Source: Desulfurococcales archaeon (GTDB taxonomy: Archaea; Thermoproteota; Thermoprotei_A; Sulfolobales; Acidilobaceae). From it: a DNA stretch of 62,812 nt. The position numbers and the translations under genes are program-made. Shown piece after piece: positions 9,739 to 19,946 of this stretch. Each line of letters starts with the position of its first letter. Position 1 is the first letter of the stretch. The notes under the pieces are model-generated. The model ran no database searches. It was not told where the DNA came from and saw only the letters and a program-made list of their open reading frames with translations. The DNA is taken from NCBI GenBank assembly GCA_015523445.1, contig WAKG01000085.1, positions 1 through 62,812 on the forward strand, read 5' to 3'.

Positions 9739-10509
9739 CTAGCCCAGTAGCTTGTCCTTTATCTCATCAACGTACTCCTTGACTCTGCCTGGATCCATCA
9801 TTTTGAAGGTCCTATCCTCTACTGTTATGTAGCCTATCTCCACGAGGTTGTGGAGGTCCTTCACCAGCTCCTCGGGCTTCTCGTCGCCACCCCTGGCCCT
9901 ACTCTTAACTATTGCTGTTAGGACTAGCTTGACCATGTCGTCAAGGCTAAGGTCCTTCCTGTACTCCCTCTCGAAGAACTCGTTGACATGTGCATCACCC
10001 ATGCCTATGGCAACCGCGTAGTAGCTGAAGTACTGGCCCCCAGGGTCTGTGCGTATCAGCCTCGGGGTGCCATCAGGGTTTATGCCTCCAAAGATCAGGG
10101 CTACCCCGAAGGGCCTTACCCCGCCGTGCTGGGTGTAGACCTGCTTTAGGTCGGCTATCTGCTTGGCTAGGTAGTCAACGGTGGCGGCCTCACCGTAGAG
10201 TAGCCTGTGCCTTACCGCTACTAGCCTGGCATAGTCTATTAGCACCCTGCCGTCGCTGCCCATCCCGGCGAAGACTACTCCAACATGGTCGTCAACCTTA
10301 TAGATCTTATCTATACTGTCCAGGTCTAGGAGGGGGGAGAGCCTCCTCTTCTCAGCTGCTAACACAACTGCGTCCTTGCCGCGTACACCTATACTAGTCC
10401 AGCCCTTCTTAACCGCCTCGAATGCATACCTGACCTGGTAGAGGTCTCCCTCAGGGGAGAATATGATTGCAGCCCTGTCATACGCTGTCGGGGGCACGCC
10501 TAATGCCAT
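9739..10509 (-). CDS. psmA: Proteasome subunit alpha
   Basis: YDRAAIIFSPEGDLYQVRYAFEAVKKGWTSIGVRGKDAVVLAAEKR is the canonical alpha-subunit N-terminus. 256 aa. Confidence 0.95.
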   Translation of the reverse strand: MALGVPPTAYDRAAIIFSPEGDLYQVRYAFEAVKKGWTSIGVRGKDAVVLAAEKRRLSPLLDLDSIDKIYKVDDHVGVVFAGMGSDGRVLIDYARLVAVRHRLLYGEAATVDYLAKQIADLKQVYTQHGGVRPFGVALIFGGINPDGTPRLIRTDPGGQYFSYYAVAIGMGDAHVNEFFEREYRKDLSLDDMVKLVLTAIVKSRARGGDEKPEELVKDLHNLVEIGYITVEDRTFKMMDPGRVKEYVDEIKDKLLG

Positions 10510-10706
10510 ACCTCTACACCGCCAAGCCAGGAGGTAGCCTGGCAGGATTTAAAGCATGTACCATACGTGACATCCATCTGAGGTGGGCCTGTGACGAGGA
10601 GACCGACCAAGGATCCGGGCTGGGATGACGTGATCTTCTCTCAGCCGAGGCCCCTCATAGAAATAAACCCGGCACGGAGATACATATTCTAGAGTGGTAG
10701 GGATCC
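10510..10706. promoter_or_regulatory. Divergent intergenic/promoter region between psmA and the SBDS-exosome arm
   Basis: 197-nt non-coding gap between two divergently oriented, highly conserved operons. The A/T-rich element catagaaataaac lies about 40 nt upstream of ATG 10707. Confidence 0.4.
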
Positions 10707-11408
10707 ATGACGAGGAGGCATGACTACGTGGTGGCATGGATTGAGGTTAGGGGTCAGAGGTTCGAGATCCTTGTTAGGCCGGAGTACGCCTTCAGATACA
10801 AGGAGGGGGAGAAAGTAGATCTCGACGACGTGCTGTGGACAGACATCGTGTACAAGGATAGCAGGAAGGGTCTCAAGGCCAGCCCCGAGTCCCTCAAGAA
10901 AGCCTTCGGCACCACCGACATCAGGAGGATAGCGGAGAGGATACTACGGGAGGGCGAGATACAGCTAACGGAGGAGCAGAGGAGGAAGATGCTGGAGGCG
11001 AAGAGGAGGAAGATAATTAACTATATAGCCAAGAACGCTATAGACCCGGTCACAAAGAAGCCTATACCAGCGTCAAGGATAGAAGCGGCCATGGAGGAGG
11101 CGAGGATCGGCATAGACCTCTATAAGGACGCGGAGTCCCAGGCAGTGGAGATAGTCAGGAGGCTGGCCAGGATAATGAGAATAAAGCTGGCGAGGGCTGT
11201 GATAGAGGCCAGGATACCACCACCATATAGTGGGAGGGCCTACGGGGAGCTACAGAGAGTTGGGGAGTTGAAGAAGGCCGACTGGCTGCCTGACGGTAGC
11301 CTAAGGGTAGAGCTGGAGATACCAGCCGGGGCCCAGGTTGATGTCACAAGCAGGATCCAAAATATAGCCAGAGGCCAGGCCCAGGTTACAGTGAAATCGG
11401 TGGGCTGA
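10707..11408 (+). CDS. SBDS-family ribosome maturation protein (Sdo1 homologue)
   Basis: VVAWIEVRGQRFEILVRPEYAFRYKEG...VLWTDIVYKDSRKGLKAS is the SBDS/FYSH N-terminal domain. It occupies the conserved position ahead of rrp4. Confidence 0.9.
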   Translation: MTRRHDYVVAWIEVRGQRFEILVRPEYAFRYKEGEKVDLDDVLWTDIVYKDSRKGLKASPESLKKAFGTTDIRRIAERILREGEIQLTEEQRRKMLEAKRRKIINYIAKNAIDPVTKKPIPASRIEAAMEEARIGIDLYKDAESQAVEIVRRLARIMRIKLARAVIEARIPPPYSGRAYGELQRVGELKKADWLPDGSLRVELEIPAGAQVDVTSRIQNIARGQAQVTVKSVG

Positions 11409-11410
11409 CA

Positions 11411-12100
11411 TTGGCGAAGGGAAGGAGAATAGTAGCCCCAGGGGAACAGCTACCCCCAGACACAACGGGGCCAGAGGAGTATCTGGTAGACCACGGCGAA
11501 TGGAAGTCCCCGGCAACTCTGGGCATCGTCGATGAGAGGGACGGTAAACACGTCTTCATCCCGCTCCAGGGTGTATACGTGCCTAGGAAGGGTGACATAG
11601 TCATAGGCCTGATAACAGGTCAGGGAATAGTTAACTGGTTTGTTGACATAAACTCCCCCTACCAGGCCATACTGACTGTCCAAGACTTTCTGGGCAGACC
11701 CTTCAACCCGATGACAGACGACATGTCTAAGCTGCTCAGAATCGGGGACTACGTGAAGGCCCAGGTACAAGCCTTCGATAGGACCCGGAACCCAACCCTG
11801 ACAGTCCAGGGTGAGGGGCTGGGTAGGATAGTCGAGGGGAAGATAGTGGAGGTGCTCCCGAGTAGGATACCCAGGATAATAGGAAAGAAACATAGTATGA
11901 TCAACATGATCTCGGAGGAGACAGGGTGCGAGATCTATGCCGCTGTAAATGGGAGGATCCACCTCAAGTGCCCCAATGAGGATAGCGAGACCATAGCCAT
12001 ACTGGCGATAAAGAAGATCGAGAGGGAGACGCATACGGTAGGCTTAACAGAGAGAGTAAAGAGGCTTATACAAGAGGAGAAGAAGGTGAGGGGTGTCTAA
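11411..12100 (+). CDS. rrp4: Exosome complex RNA-binding subunit Rrp4 (S1 + KH)
   Basis: VAPGEQL...[15 protein letters not shown] (S1) and [21 protein letters not shown] (KH GxxG). TTG start 3 nt after the SBDS stop. Confidence 0.9.
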   Translation: MAKGRRIVAPGEQLPPDTTGPEEYLVDHGEWKSPATLGIVDERDGKHVFIPLQGVYVPRKGDIVIGLITGQGIVNWFVDINSPYQAILTVQDFLGRPFNPMTDDMSKLLRIGDYVKAQVQAFDRTRNPTLTVQGEGLGRIVEGKIVEVLPSRIPRIIGKKHSMINMISEETGCEIYAAVNGRIHLKCPNEDSETIAILAIKKIERETHTVGLTERVKRLIQEEKKVRGV

Positions 12101-12105
12101 GTGGG

Positions 12106-12834
12106 ATGGCAAGGAAGGACGGCGTAACCCTATTCAGGGAGGACGGGACCAGGCTAGACGGGCGCAGGCCCGATGAGATGCGACCCATAAGGATGGAGGT
12201 TGGTGTGCTCGAGAACGCTGACGGATCGGCTATGGTAGAGTTCGGCAGGACCAAGGTCCTAGCGGCAGTGTATGGGCCTAGGGAGCCGGTGCAAAAGTAC
12301 ATAGCGATCCCCGACAAGGCGGTGCTGAGGGTAAGATACCACATGGCCCCCTTCTCCACCTCGGAGAGGAAAAGCCCAGCCCCGTCTAGGAGGGAGGTGG
12401 AGCTCTCTAAGGTCATCAGGGAGGCCCTGGAGCCTGTGGTACTAACCGACCAGTTCCCCAGGACTGCCATAGACGTCTTCATCGAGGTCCTGCAGGCCGA
12501 TGGTGGCACGAGGACCACGGGGCTCACAGCAGCCTCCCTAGCGCTGGCCGATGCAGGGATACCGATGAGGGCTCTCGTCGGAGGTGTTGCGGTGGGCAAG
12601 ATCCAGGACAAGCTCGTCCTGGATATAGACGAGTTCGAGGATAACTATGCTGAGGCCGATATGCCGGTGGGTGCAGCACCGGATATAGGCCTGGTGACCC
12701 TGTTCCAGATAAACGGAGTAATGACGAGGGAGGAGGTCATGAAAGGCCTGGACATGGCGCTCGAGGCAATAAACAAGATTGTTGAGATGGAGAAAGAAGT
12801 GCTCAAGTCCAAGTATGTGAAGGCGGAGGTGTAA
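12106..12834 (+). CDS. rrp41: Exosome complex exonuclease Rrp41 (RNase PH fold, catalytic)
   Basis: [45 protein letters not shown]...[25 protein letters not shown]. Confidence 0.95.
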   Translation: MARKDGVTLFREDGTRLDGRRPDEMRPIRMEVGVLENADGSAMVEFGRTKVLAAVYGPREPVQKYIAIPDKAVLRVRYHMAPFSTSERKSPAPSRREVELSKVIREALEPVVLTDQFPRTAIDVFIEVLQADGGTRTTGLTAASLALADAGIPMRALVGGVAVGKIQDKLVLDIDEFEDNYAEADMPVGAAPDIGLVTLFQINGVMTREEVMKGLDMALEAINKIVEMEKEVLKSKYVKAEV

Positions 12835-12839
12835 GAAGG

Positions 12840-13676
12840 ATGAGCATGACGCCATTCAGGGTTCCGGTAGTCCCCACACTAAAGAAGGAAACCTTCATGA
12901 GTCTCTACCGTAAGGGGACGAGGCTGGATGAGAGAGACCTATTCACGCCGAGGAAGGTCGAAATCGAGACGGGAGTCATAGATAAGGCTGAGGGGTCAGC
13001 TCTGGTCAAGCTAGGTAACACCAAGGTCCTAGCCGGGGTTAAGATAGAGGTGGGCACGCCCTTCAGGGACACTCCAAACCAGGGGGTACTAACCGTTCAC
13101 GCCGAGTTCGTGCCCCTAGCCTCGCCAGTATTCGAGCCCGGGCCGCCTGATGAGAATGCCATAGAACTGGCAAGGGTGGTGGATAGGAGCTTGAGGGAAG
13201 TAGGCGTGGTGGATCTGGAGTCCCTGGTTATACGTGAGGGCGAGAAGGTGTGGATAGTATGGGTTGACCTCTACGTGATCGACCATGACGGGAATCTCTT
13301 CGACGCCAGTATGCTAGCAGCGATGGCGGCGCTCAAGACAGCAAGGCTGCCAGACTATGAGGAGTATGAGACTGGGGAGATCGAGGTCCTCAGAGACAAG
13401 AGCCAGGGCCCTCTCAAGCTGAACCACACTGTGGTGACGGTGACTACGGCCAAGGTGGGGGAGTATATAATAGTGGACCCTACGCTGGACGAGGAGACAA
13501 TATCAGACTCGAGGATGGTCGTGGCGGTGGATGAGCAGGGCAGGATAGTGGGCCTACAGAAGGTCGGTGAGGCAGGGTATACCAGGGAGGAGGTAGAGAA
13601 GGTGCTAAACATATCGCTGGGGGCCGCTAAGGTATACTTTAAATCCCTGGAGGAGGCGCTAGCCCGCAAGGGGTAG
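12840..13676 (+). CDS. rrp42: Exosome complex subunit Rrp42 (RNase PH fold, non-catalytic)
   Basis: RLDERDLFTPRKVEIETGVIDKAEGSALVKLGNTKVLAGVK...DGNLFDASMLAAMAALKTARLP. Confidence 0.95.
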   Translation: MSMTPFRVPVVPTLKKETFMSLYRKGTRLDERDLFTPRKVEIETGVIDKAEGSALVKLGNTKVLAGVKIEVGTPFRDTPNQGVLTVHAEFVPLASPVFEPGPPDENAIELARVVDRSLREVGVVDLESLVIREGEKVWIVWVDLYVIDHDGNLFDASMLAAMAALKTARLPDYEEYETGEIEVLRDKSQGPLKLNHTVVTVTTAKVGEYIIVDPTLDEETISDSRMVVAVDEQGRIVGLQKVGEAGYTREEVEKVLNISLGAAKVYFKSLEEALARKG

Positions 13677-13691
13677 AGGAGGCGCTGAGCT

Positions 13692-13955
13692 ATGGGGAGG
13701 ACAAAGATAGTAGGGCCAGCTGGTAGGTACGGGCCGAGGTACGGGGTCAGCGTTAGGAAGAGGGTAAGGGATATACTATTAAGGAAGCAGCAGAAGCACG
13801 AGTGCCCATTCTGTGGCTCCACAGGCACGGTATACAGGATCTCCGTGGGTATATGGGCCTGCAGGAAGTGCGGGGTCAAGTGGGCTGGGGCTGCGTATAC
13901 TCCACGCTCCGAGATAGCCCCCTACTTTAGGAAGGGCTACGTGGTAAGGGAGTAG
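13692..13955 (+). CDS. rpl37ae: 50S ribosomal protein L37Ae (eL43)
   Basis: GRTKIVGPAGRYGPRYG...CPFCG...WACRKCG Zn-ribbon. 87 aa. Confidence 0.95.
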   Translation: MGRTKIVGPAGRYGPRYGVSVRKRVRDILLRKQQKHECPFCGSTGTVYRISVGIWACRKCGVKWAGAAYTPRSEIAPYFRKGYVVRE

Positions 13956-13960
13956 CTGGG

Positions 13961-14515
13961 ATGCCCCCTGCCCCAACACCTCCTACACACATAATCATAA
14001 CGACTAGCAGGAGACCGTCGCCCAGGACTAGGTCCCTAGTTAAGGACCTAGCAGGGGTAATACCTGGGGCTACCAGGCTAACTAGGGGCCACCTAACATA
14101 CCAGGAGCTCTCCATAGAGGCGGCAACCCTGGGGGCAGACAGGGTGGTTGTGGTAGGGGAGAAGAGGGGTAATCCTAGCATAATGAGGATATACGAGCCT
14201 ATCCCGCCCAAGGGCTTAAACAATATTGTAACGCTCATAATCAAGGGGGTAAAGCTTGCTAGAGAGGCAGGGGTGCCCAGCAGGGCAAGAGCCCGGTTCC
14301 TCAGGGTAGAGCATGACGGGAGCGAGGATTCTATGGAGGTTGCGGAGGCCCTTGTTAGGGGGCTCCATGCTAGGCTAACACCTGTGGAGCCCAGCGTTGT
14401 AGCAAGGCTAGAATCCCGGGGTTACAGGGAGGTGCTCCTCACATTCACAAGTAACGGCTTAAGTGTGGGGCCGGTGCTCAGGATAGGCATACCGTGGAGG
14501 ATGATCAAGGGGTGA
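13961..14515 (+). CDS. Brix-domain (Imp4-like) ribosome biogenesis protein
   Basis: IIITTSRRPSPRTRSLVKDLAGVIPGATRLTRGH...VVVVGEKRGNPSIMRIY, in the conserved superoperon position. Confidence 0.85.
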   Translation: MPPAPTPPTHIIITTSRRPSPRTRSLVKDLAGVIPGATRLTRGHLTYQELSIEAATLGADRVVVVGEKRGNPSIMRIYEPIPPKGLNNIVTLIIKGVKLAREAGVPSRARARFLRVEHDGSEDSMEVAEALVRGLHARLTPVEPSVVARLESRGYREVLLTFTSNGLSVGPVLRIGIPWRMIKG

Positions 14516-14757
14516 ACAAGGCTACATACATTATTTGCATCCCCCACGCGGAAGAGGTGGAGAAGGCCCTAAGGGCGGAGCTGGGCCAGCCAGCACCCCA
14601 GAAGGGGAGGGTTAGGATCAGGGTTGAGGATGGATGCCTTGTCATAGAGATAGAGTCTCCCACACTAAGCGGCCTTAGGGCGCTGAGCAACTCATTCCTC
14701 TACCTGGCCCATGCAGCGTATAGCAGCCTTGAGGCCACCAGCAGTGAACCGAGCTAG
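14494..14757 (+). CDS. pcc1: KEOPS complex subunit Pcc1-like protein
   Basis: An ~80-aa protein (ATYIICIPHAEEVEKALRAEL...VEDGCLVIEIESPTLSGLRALSNSFLYL) with the Pcc1 beta-alpha layout, placed before prefoldin beta. An alternative GTG at 14512 overlaps the Brix TGA (GTGA). Confidence 0.65.
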   Translation: MEDDQGVNKATYIICIPHAEEVEKALRAELGQPAPQKGRVRIRVEDGCLVIEIESPTLSGLRALSNSFLYLAHAAYSSLEATSSEPS

Positions 14758-14809
14758 TTTAAAATCCCTGGGTGGCCCATGCCCTAGCCTGTGGCCTAAG
14801 GGAGGGTGC

Positions 14810-15187
14810 ATGAAGGTGGTGGAGAAGGTACCTGCAGATGTTGAAGCTAAGTACAACAAGTATATCCAGCTGAAGGAGACCCAGGCCGCCCTCAGCCAGG
14901 AGAGGATAATGCTCGAGGGGACTCTGGCTGAGATCGACTCCATCATAGAGAAGATAAAGGAGCTGGAAGATGACGTGGAGCTGTATAAGATGGTTGGAAA
15001 CGTGCTGGTGAAGTCGAGGAAGGACTCTATCCTTAAGGAGCTGGAGGACAGGAAGGAGGATCTGGAGATTAGGCTCAAGGCCATCAAGAGCCAGGAGGAC
15101 TCGATCAAGAAGGAGCTAGACCGCCTAGCAGAGGAGCTGAAGAGGCTCCTCGGAGGCGGCGGGGGCAAACCAGGTGCAGCAGGATGA
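14810..15187 (+). CDS. pfdB: Prefoldin subunit beta
   Basis: MKVVEKVPADVEAKYNKYIQLKETQAAL...MVGNVLVKSRKDSILKELEDRKEDLEIRL. I prefer the internal ATG 14810, preceded by GGAGGGTG, over the track start 14711. Confidence 0.85.
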   Translation: MKVVEKVPADVEAKYNKYIQLKETQAALSQERIMLEGTLAEIDSIIEKIKELEDDVELYKMVGNVLVKSRKDSILKELEDRKEDLEIRLKAIKSQEDSIKKELDRLAEELKRLLGGGGGKPGAAG

Positions 15188-15473
15188 AGTCATCGAAGAG
15201 GCCCTAGTAGCTGCTGAGGAGAAGGCTAGGGAAGTACTCGATAGGCTATTGGGGGATAGGTCCTCCACATACACCATACTACTCAGGCTAGAGGAGGACC
15301 CTAGGGGAGGGTATAGGCTGGGTATAGAGATAGAGGCCTCCAGGCCCAGGGCCAGGTGGATAAGGGAGATAGTGGAGGAGGCAACCCGTGAGGCAGCAAG
15401 AGAGTTCGAGAAGCGTCTTAGAGCGGCTAGGAAGCCTGGTCAAGGAGAGAAGGGTAGCAATACTGACACATAA
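15174..15473 (+). CDS. Small conserved-looking acidic/basic protein (possibly DUF3194-type superoperon member)
   Basis: 99-aa ORF with a GTG start overlapping the pfdB stop. It has coding-like composition and alpha-beta-alpha character. The family assignment is from memory only. Confidence 0.4.
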   Translation: MQQDEVIEEALVAAEEKAREVLDRLLGDRSSTYTILLRLEEDPRGGYRLGIEIEASRPRARWIREIVEEATREAAREFEKRLRAARKPGQGEKGSNTDT

Positions 15474-16407
15474 AAACGCAGATCCAGATGCAATAGCATC
15501 AGCAACTCTAGCCTCAAGACTAGTAGAGTGCTTAGGCGGGGCACCATGCATAGCACTGCCAGAGGGATTATCCCACCAGTCTAAGAGGCTAGTGGAGGGG
15601 CTAGGACTAAAACTGCCAGGGTGCACCGAACACCCAGAGCTGGTGCTCGTGGTAGACACTGCCAACCCGGCCCAGCTTGGCAGCCTCCAAGATATGCTTA
15701 GCAACCAACTAATCCTGATAGACCACCACACTCCGGGCCTCCTCGCGGAGAAGGCAACATGCAGGATAGTGGAGCCAGCTGCCTCCACCACCGAGATAGT
15801 AGCCAGCCTACTAGAAGAGGCCGGGTGCAGCTTGGATTGTGGCCAGGCAACACTAGGCCTAGCAGGCATAATCTATGATACTAAGAGGTTCCTACTGGCA
15901 ACCCCCAGGACCTTCCGGGCCACATACTGGCTAGCCAGCCAGGGGGGAAACTACCATAGGGCCCTCTCACTACTATCAAACCAGGGCCCAGCACCCATGC
16001 CAGAGAGGATGGCTAGGCTAAAGGCGGTCTCAAGGCTAAGGCTGGGTAGGGCCTGCAAGGATATACTGGTTGCGGTCACACACATAGGGAGCTACGAGTC
16101 CTCGGTGGCAAGGAGCCTAGTCGAGCTGGGCGCTGACGTGGCAGTGGTGCTAACTGAAAGGAGGGATGGCTATAGAGCCTCGATAAGGACCTCGAGGCTT
16201 GCCGAGGAGCATGGTGTCAGGGCTGATGCAGTGGCCAGGTACATGGCTGAGAAGTACGGAGGCCAGGGGGGAGGACACCCTGGAGCGGCTATGGCCCAGC
16301 TCCCCTTTATAGCACCGAGCGTCGAGGAGGCTACAGATATGGTGGCCAGGAGCCTCCCCGGGAAGGTTGCCCGGATGTGTACTAGGGGTGCAGAAGGTGT
16401 CGATTAG
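15388..16407 (+). CDS. DHH/DHHA1-family phosphoesterase (NrnA-like)
   Basis: Motifs HKNADPDAIAS, VVDTAN, LIDHH, and in DHHA1 GGGHPGAAMA. The only canonical start upstream of the DPD motif is GTG 15388. Confidence 0.85.
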   Translation: MRQQESSRSVLERLGSLVKERRVAILTHKNADPDAIASATLASRLVECLGGAPCIALPEGLSHQSKRLVEGLGLKLPGCTEHPELVLVVDTANPAQLGSLQDMLSNQLILIDHHTPGLLAEKATCRIVEPAASTTEIVASLLEEAGCSLDCGQATLGLAGIIYDTKRFLLATPRTFRATYWLASQGGNYHRALSLLSNQGPAPMPERMARLKAVSRLRLGRACKDILVAVTHIGSYESSVARSLVELGADVAVVLTERRDGYRASIRTSRLAEEHGVRADAVARYMAEKYGGQGGGHPGAAMAQLPFIAPSVEEATDMVARSLPGKVARMCTRGAEGVD

Positions 16408-17092
16408 GATCTACGCCGACATCCGGGAGGAGAAGAGCGGGATACCATCAATACTAGAGGCCTCAGGCCTAGTGGTGATAAGGAGGCAGCTACCTATAGG
16501 GGACTACATAGTATCAGACCAGGTTGTTATAGAGAGGAAGAGCGCATACGACTTCGCCAAGAGCCTGTTCGACGGGAGGCTGTTCGAGCAGGCCCGTAGG
16601 ATGAGCGAGTCCTACCCGATAATAATCTACATAGTTGAGGGGGACCCGGGCAGAATAAGGAGGTTCGCCGGGCTCCACAGGCAGCTCTACTCGGCTATGG
16701 CAACCCTGACAATAGACTATGACGCCAGGATACTGGTGAGCAACGGGCCTCAGGGCAGTGCGGAGCTGATAGCATCCATAGCCAGGAGGATCCAGAGTGA
16801 GGGAGGCGGGAGGGTTGTTATACACAAGAAGCCTAAGATGGATGATCTGGAGTCCTGGCAGCTATACGTGCTCCAGTCGTTCCCCCAGGTGGGGCCTAAG
16901 ACTGCGGAGAGGATCCTGGAAAGGTTTGGAACAGTGGAGAGGTTCTGCAGGGCGACCATGGCAGAGCTCTCCACGATACCAGGTCTCGGGGAGAAGAAGG
17001 CGGAGAACATAAGGAGAATACTCATAACACCCTATAGGAGTGGGAGGAAGAAGAGTCAGGGCACGCTGGACGAGTACACTGGCCAGGGGTAG
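16367..17092 (+). CDS. xpf: Short-form XPF/ERCC4 structure-specific endonuclease with (HhH)2
   Basis: ERCC4 core IYADIRE...LPIGDYIVSD..VIERKSAYDFAKSLFDGRLFEQ. HhH region SFPQVGPKTAERILERFG...LSTIPGLGEKKAENI. Size is typical of crenarchaeal XPF. Confidence 0.85.
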   Translation: MPGCVLGVQKVSIRIYADIREEKSGIPSILEASGLVVIRRQLPIGDYIVSDQVVIERKSAYDFAKSLFDGRLFEQARRMSESYPIIIYIVEGDPGRIRRFAGLHRQLYSAMATLTIDYDARILVSNGPQGSAELIASIARRIQSEGGGRVVIHKKPKMDDLESWQLYVLQSFPQVGPKTAERILERFGTVERFCRATMAELSTIPGLGEKKAENIRRILITPYRSGRKKSQGTLDEYTGQG

Positions 17093-17113
17093 CGGGGACG
17101 GGGATCGTCATCG

Positions 17114-17121
17114 CTTTATAA
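17114..17121 (+). promoter_or_regulatory. Candidate TATA box for the EF-2 gene
   Basis: CTTTATAA lies 45-60 nt upstream of the two candidate ATGs (17167 and 17182). Confidence 0.35.
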
Positions 17122-17166
17122 CCCCCATACGAGCCCCGGGAGTGTACCTGGAGTATTCCCCGGGAG

Positions 17167-19395
17167 ATGGGGTGTACCTGGATGGGTGCAAGGGTTAAGG
17201 TTGTGGCAGAGATCGAGAAGATCATGAGTAACATAGAGCAGATAAGGAACATAGGGATTATAGCCCACGTAGACCACGGCAAGACCACGACTAGCGACTC
17301 GCTACTAGCAGCCGCCGGGATAATATCGGAGAGAATAGCTGGAGAGGCACTAGTCCTAGACTATCTAAGCGTGGAGAAGCAGAGGGGTATAACGGTTAAG
17401 AGCGCCAACATAAGCCTATACCACGAGTATGAGGGCAAGCCATACGTGATCAACCTGATCGACACGCCTGGACACGTAGACTTCTCGGGCAAGGTTACCC
17501 GAAGCCTCAGGGTACTGGACGGGGCCATAGTTGTGGTAGACGCAGTCGAGGGCGTGATGACCCAGACGGAGACAGTCATAAGGCAGTCGCTGGAGGAGAG
17601 GGTTAGACCCCTACTCTTCATAAACAAGGTCGATAGGCTGATAAAGGAGCTGAAGCTGCCCCCCGAGAAGATCCAGGAGAGGTTCGTCGAGATAATCAGG
17701 GAGGTGAACAACCTGATAGACCTCTACGCCGAGCCGGAGTTCAGGAAGAAGTGGAAGCTAAACCCTGCTGATGGCACCGTTGCCTTTGGGAGTGCTAAGG
17801 ATAAGTGGGGCATAAGCATACCAATGGTCAAGAAGAAGGGGGTGACGTTCCAGGAGATCATAAAGGCCTATGATACGGGTGACAAGAGCCAGATAGCCCA
17901 GCTGGCAAAGAAGATGCCTCTACACGAGACCCTGCTCGACATGGTGGTCAAGTTCGTTCCCAACCCGAAGGAGGCCCAGAGGTATAGGATACCGAAGATC
18001 TGGAAGGGGGACCTGGACAGTGAGATAGGCAAGGCAATGATCGAGGCAGACCCCAACGGCCCCCTAGTATTCTACGTGAACGACATAAAGGTGGAGAAGA
18101 CCGGGCTAGTCGCTACTGGCAGGGTATTCTCAGGAACCCTAAGACCGGGTACAGAGGTGTACCTAGTCACGGCTGGCAAGAAGGGGAGAATACTCCAGGT
18201 CAGCCTCTACATGGGGCCCTTCAGAGAGGTCACGAAGGCTATACCAGCAGGAAACATAGGAGCGATTATGGGCCTAGAGGATGTGAGGGCTGGAGAGACT
18301 CTGGTAGATTTGACGCACCAGGAGCAGGGTGCACCATTCGAGCAGCTACGCTACGTGAGCGAGCCCGTGGTGACAATAGCCGTGGAGCCGAAGAAGATAC
18401 AGGACCTGCCAAAGATGATCGAGGCGCTGAGGAAGCTGACGATAGAGGACCCCAACCTTGTGGTGAAGATAAATGAGGAGACGGGCGAGTACCTGATAAG
18501 CGGTATGGGCCCACTGCACCTCGAGATAGCCCTAACCCTCCTAAAGGAGAGGTTCGGCATAGAGGTGAAGGCCAGCCCGCCTATAGTGGTCTACCGTGAG
18601 ACCGTCAGGTCGGAGAGCCAGGTATATGAGGGCAAGAGCCCCAACAAGCACAACAAGTTCTACATAAGCGTGGCTCCACTTAATGAAGAGACCATAGAGC
18701 TGATAGCTAGAGGCGTGGTGAACGAGAACCAGCACCCGAGGGACAGAGCCAAGATACTCAGGGACCAGGCTAGCTGGGACTATGATGAGGCCAGGAGGAT
18801 ATGGAGCATCGACGAGAACATAAACGTGTTCGTGGACAAGACAACTGGTGTACAGCACCTCAGGGAGGTCAAGGACACGATACTGGCAGCCTTCAGGCTA
18901 GCGATGAAGGAGGGCCCGCTCGCGGCGGAGCCCGTTAGAGGGGTCAAGGTGATCCTCCACGATGCCGTGATACATGAGGACCCTGTACACAGGGGCCCAG
19001 GACAGATATACCCGGCGGTGAGAAACGCTATATGGGCTGGTATAATAACTGCCAAGCCAACCCTGCTGGAGCCCCTGCAGAAGCTGGACATAAGGACGCC
19101 TATGGAGTATGTGAGCAACATTGCAGCGCTACTATCAAGAAAGAGGGGAAGAATACTAGAGGTCCTAAGCCAGGGCCCGGCAGCCAGGGTAATAGCAGAG
19201 GTTCCAGTCAGCGAGAGCTTCGACCTAGCGGCGGAGCTAAGGGGTGCAACAGCTGGGAGAGCATTCTGGGGAGTAGAGTTCAGCAGGTGGGCTCCAGTGC
19301 CAGACTCGATGCTTGACGACCTGATCAGGAAGATAAGGGAGAGGAAGGGGCTACCGCCAACACCGCCTAAGCTAAACGACCTGATAGGCCCCTAG
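17167..19395 (+). CDS. fusA: Translation elongation factor 2 (aEF-2)
   Basis: [32 protein letters not shown], and the diphthamide region [15 protein letters not shown]. The second ATG at 17182 ([15 protein letters not shown]...) is the more typical N-terminus. Confidence 0.95.
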   Translation: MGCTWMGARVKVVAEIEKIMSNIEQIRNIGIIAHVDHGKTTTSDSLLAAAGIISERIAGEALVLDYLSVEKQRGITVKSANISLYHEYEGKPYVINLIDTPGHVDFSGKVTRSLRVLDGAIVVVDAVEGVMTQTETVIRQSLEERVRPLLFINKVDRLIKELKLPPEKIQERFVEIIREVNNLIDLYAEPEFRKKWKLNPADGTVAFGSAKDKWGISIPMVKKKGVTFQEIIKAYDTGDKSQIAQLAKKMPLHETLLDMVVKFVPNPKEAQRYRIPKIWKGDLDSEIGKAMIEADPNGPLVFYVNDIKVEKTGLVATGRVFSGTLRPGTEVYLVTAGKKGRILQVSLYMGPFREVTKAIPAGNIGAIMGLEDVRAGETLVDLTHQEQGAPFEQLRYVSEPVVTIAVEPKKIQDLPKMIEALRKLTIEDPNLVVKINEETGEYLISGMGPLHLEIALTLLKERFGIEVKASPPIVVYRETVRSESQVYEGKSPNKHNKFYISVAPLNEETIELIARGVVNENQHPRDRAKILRDQASWDYDEARRIWSIDENINVFVDKTTGVQHLREVKDTILAAFRLAMKEGPLAAEPVRGVKVILHDAVIHEDPVHRGPGQIYPAVRNAIWAGIITAKPTLLEPLQKLDIRTPMEYVSNIAALLSRKRGRILEVLSQGPAARVIAEVPVSESFDLAAELRGATAGRAFWGVEFSRWAPVPDSMLDDLIRKIRERKGLPPTPPKLNDLIGP

Positions 19396-19537
19396 CCACC
19401 TCCCCCATAACTCCCCGGCGTTGATATGGTAACACACGGCACACTCCCCTATTAACCCTGTCCGGCATGCAGTCTGTACGCTCGCCTCATAGCATCATTT
19501 ATACCATTCTAACTGTATATACAGTCCGGTGTAAGGC

Positions 19538-19945
19538 TTGCCGATAGACCCAGGCGACCCCCTGGTGAAGTCAGCCCTCACACTGGTGGTACTACCCCTC
19601 ATACTTACACTGGCGTTAGCGGGTGTCATATACTTCCTACGCATACTAACGCTCCAGTCCAGGGATGTGGAGGAGGCGGAGAAGTACAAGTATGAGAGGT
19701 TCGAGGCTGGGAACCCGCCTAAGGGTGAGGCTAGGAGGAAGGTTTCAATGCAGTACCTAGGCTACCTAATAATATTCCTAGCCGTCGAGCCAGCCGTGAT
19801 CCTAGTGGCTCTAACACTGGCAGCACCCAGGACAATGCTAAGCAACCTACTATATCTATACGCCGTATTCATAGCCGTTTACACTCCACTATTAGTATAC
19901 GCGTTGAGGGAGGCCAGGCGCGTGGAGGCCTGGACCCTCACATAG
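19538..19945 (+). CDS. nuoA: NADH-quinone oxidoreductase subunit A
   Basis: 3-TM protein with YERFEAGNPP...MQYLGYLIIFLAVEPAVIL. TTG start. Confidence 0.85.
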   Translation: MPIDPGDPLVKSALTLVVLPLILTLALAGVIYFLRILTLQSRDVEEAEKYKYERFEAGNPPKGEARRKVSMQYLGYLIIFLAVEPAVILVALTLAAPRTMLSNLLYLYAVFIAVYTPLLVYALREARRVEAWTLT

Positions 19946-19946
19946 C

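Noticed and set aside
10549-10737. 62-aa minus-strand ORF, and a possible C/D-box sRNA, in the psmA/SBDS intergenic region
   Set aside because: The ORF overlaps the SBDS start and has no support. I looked for C (RUGAUGA) and D (CUGA) boxes. Only imperfect matches occur (GTGACGA, GGATGACG), and there is no correctly spaced CUGA on the same strand.
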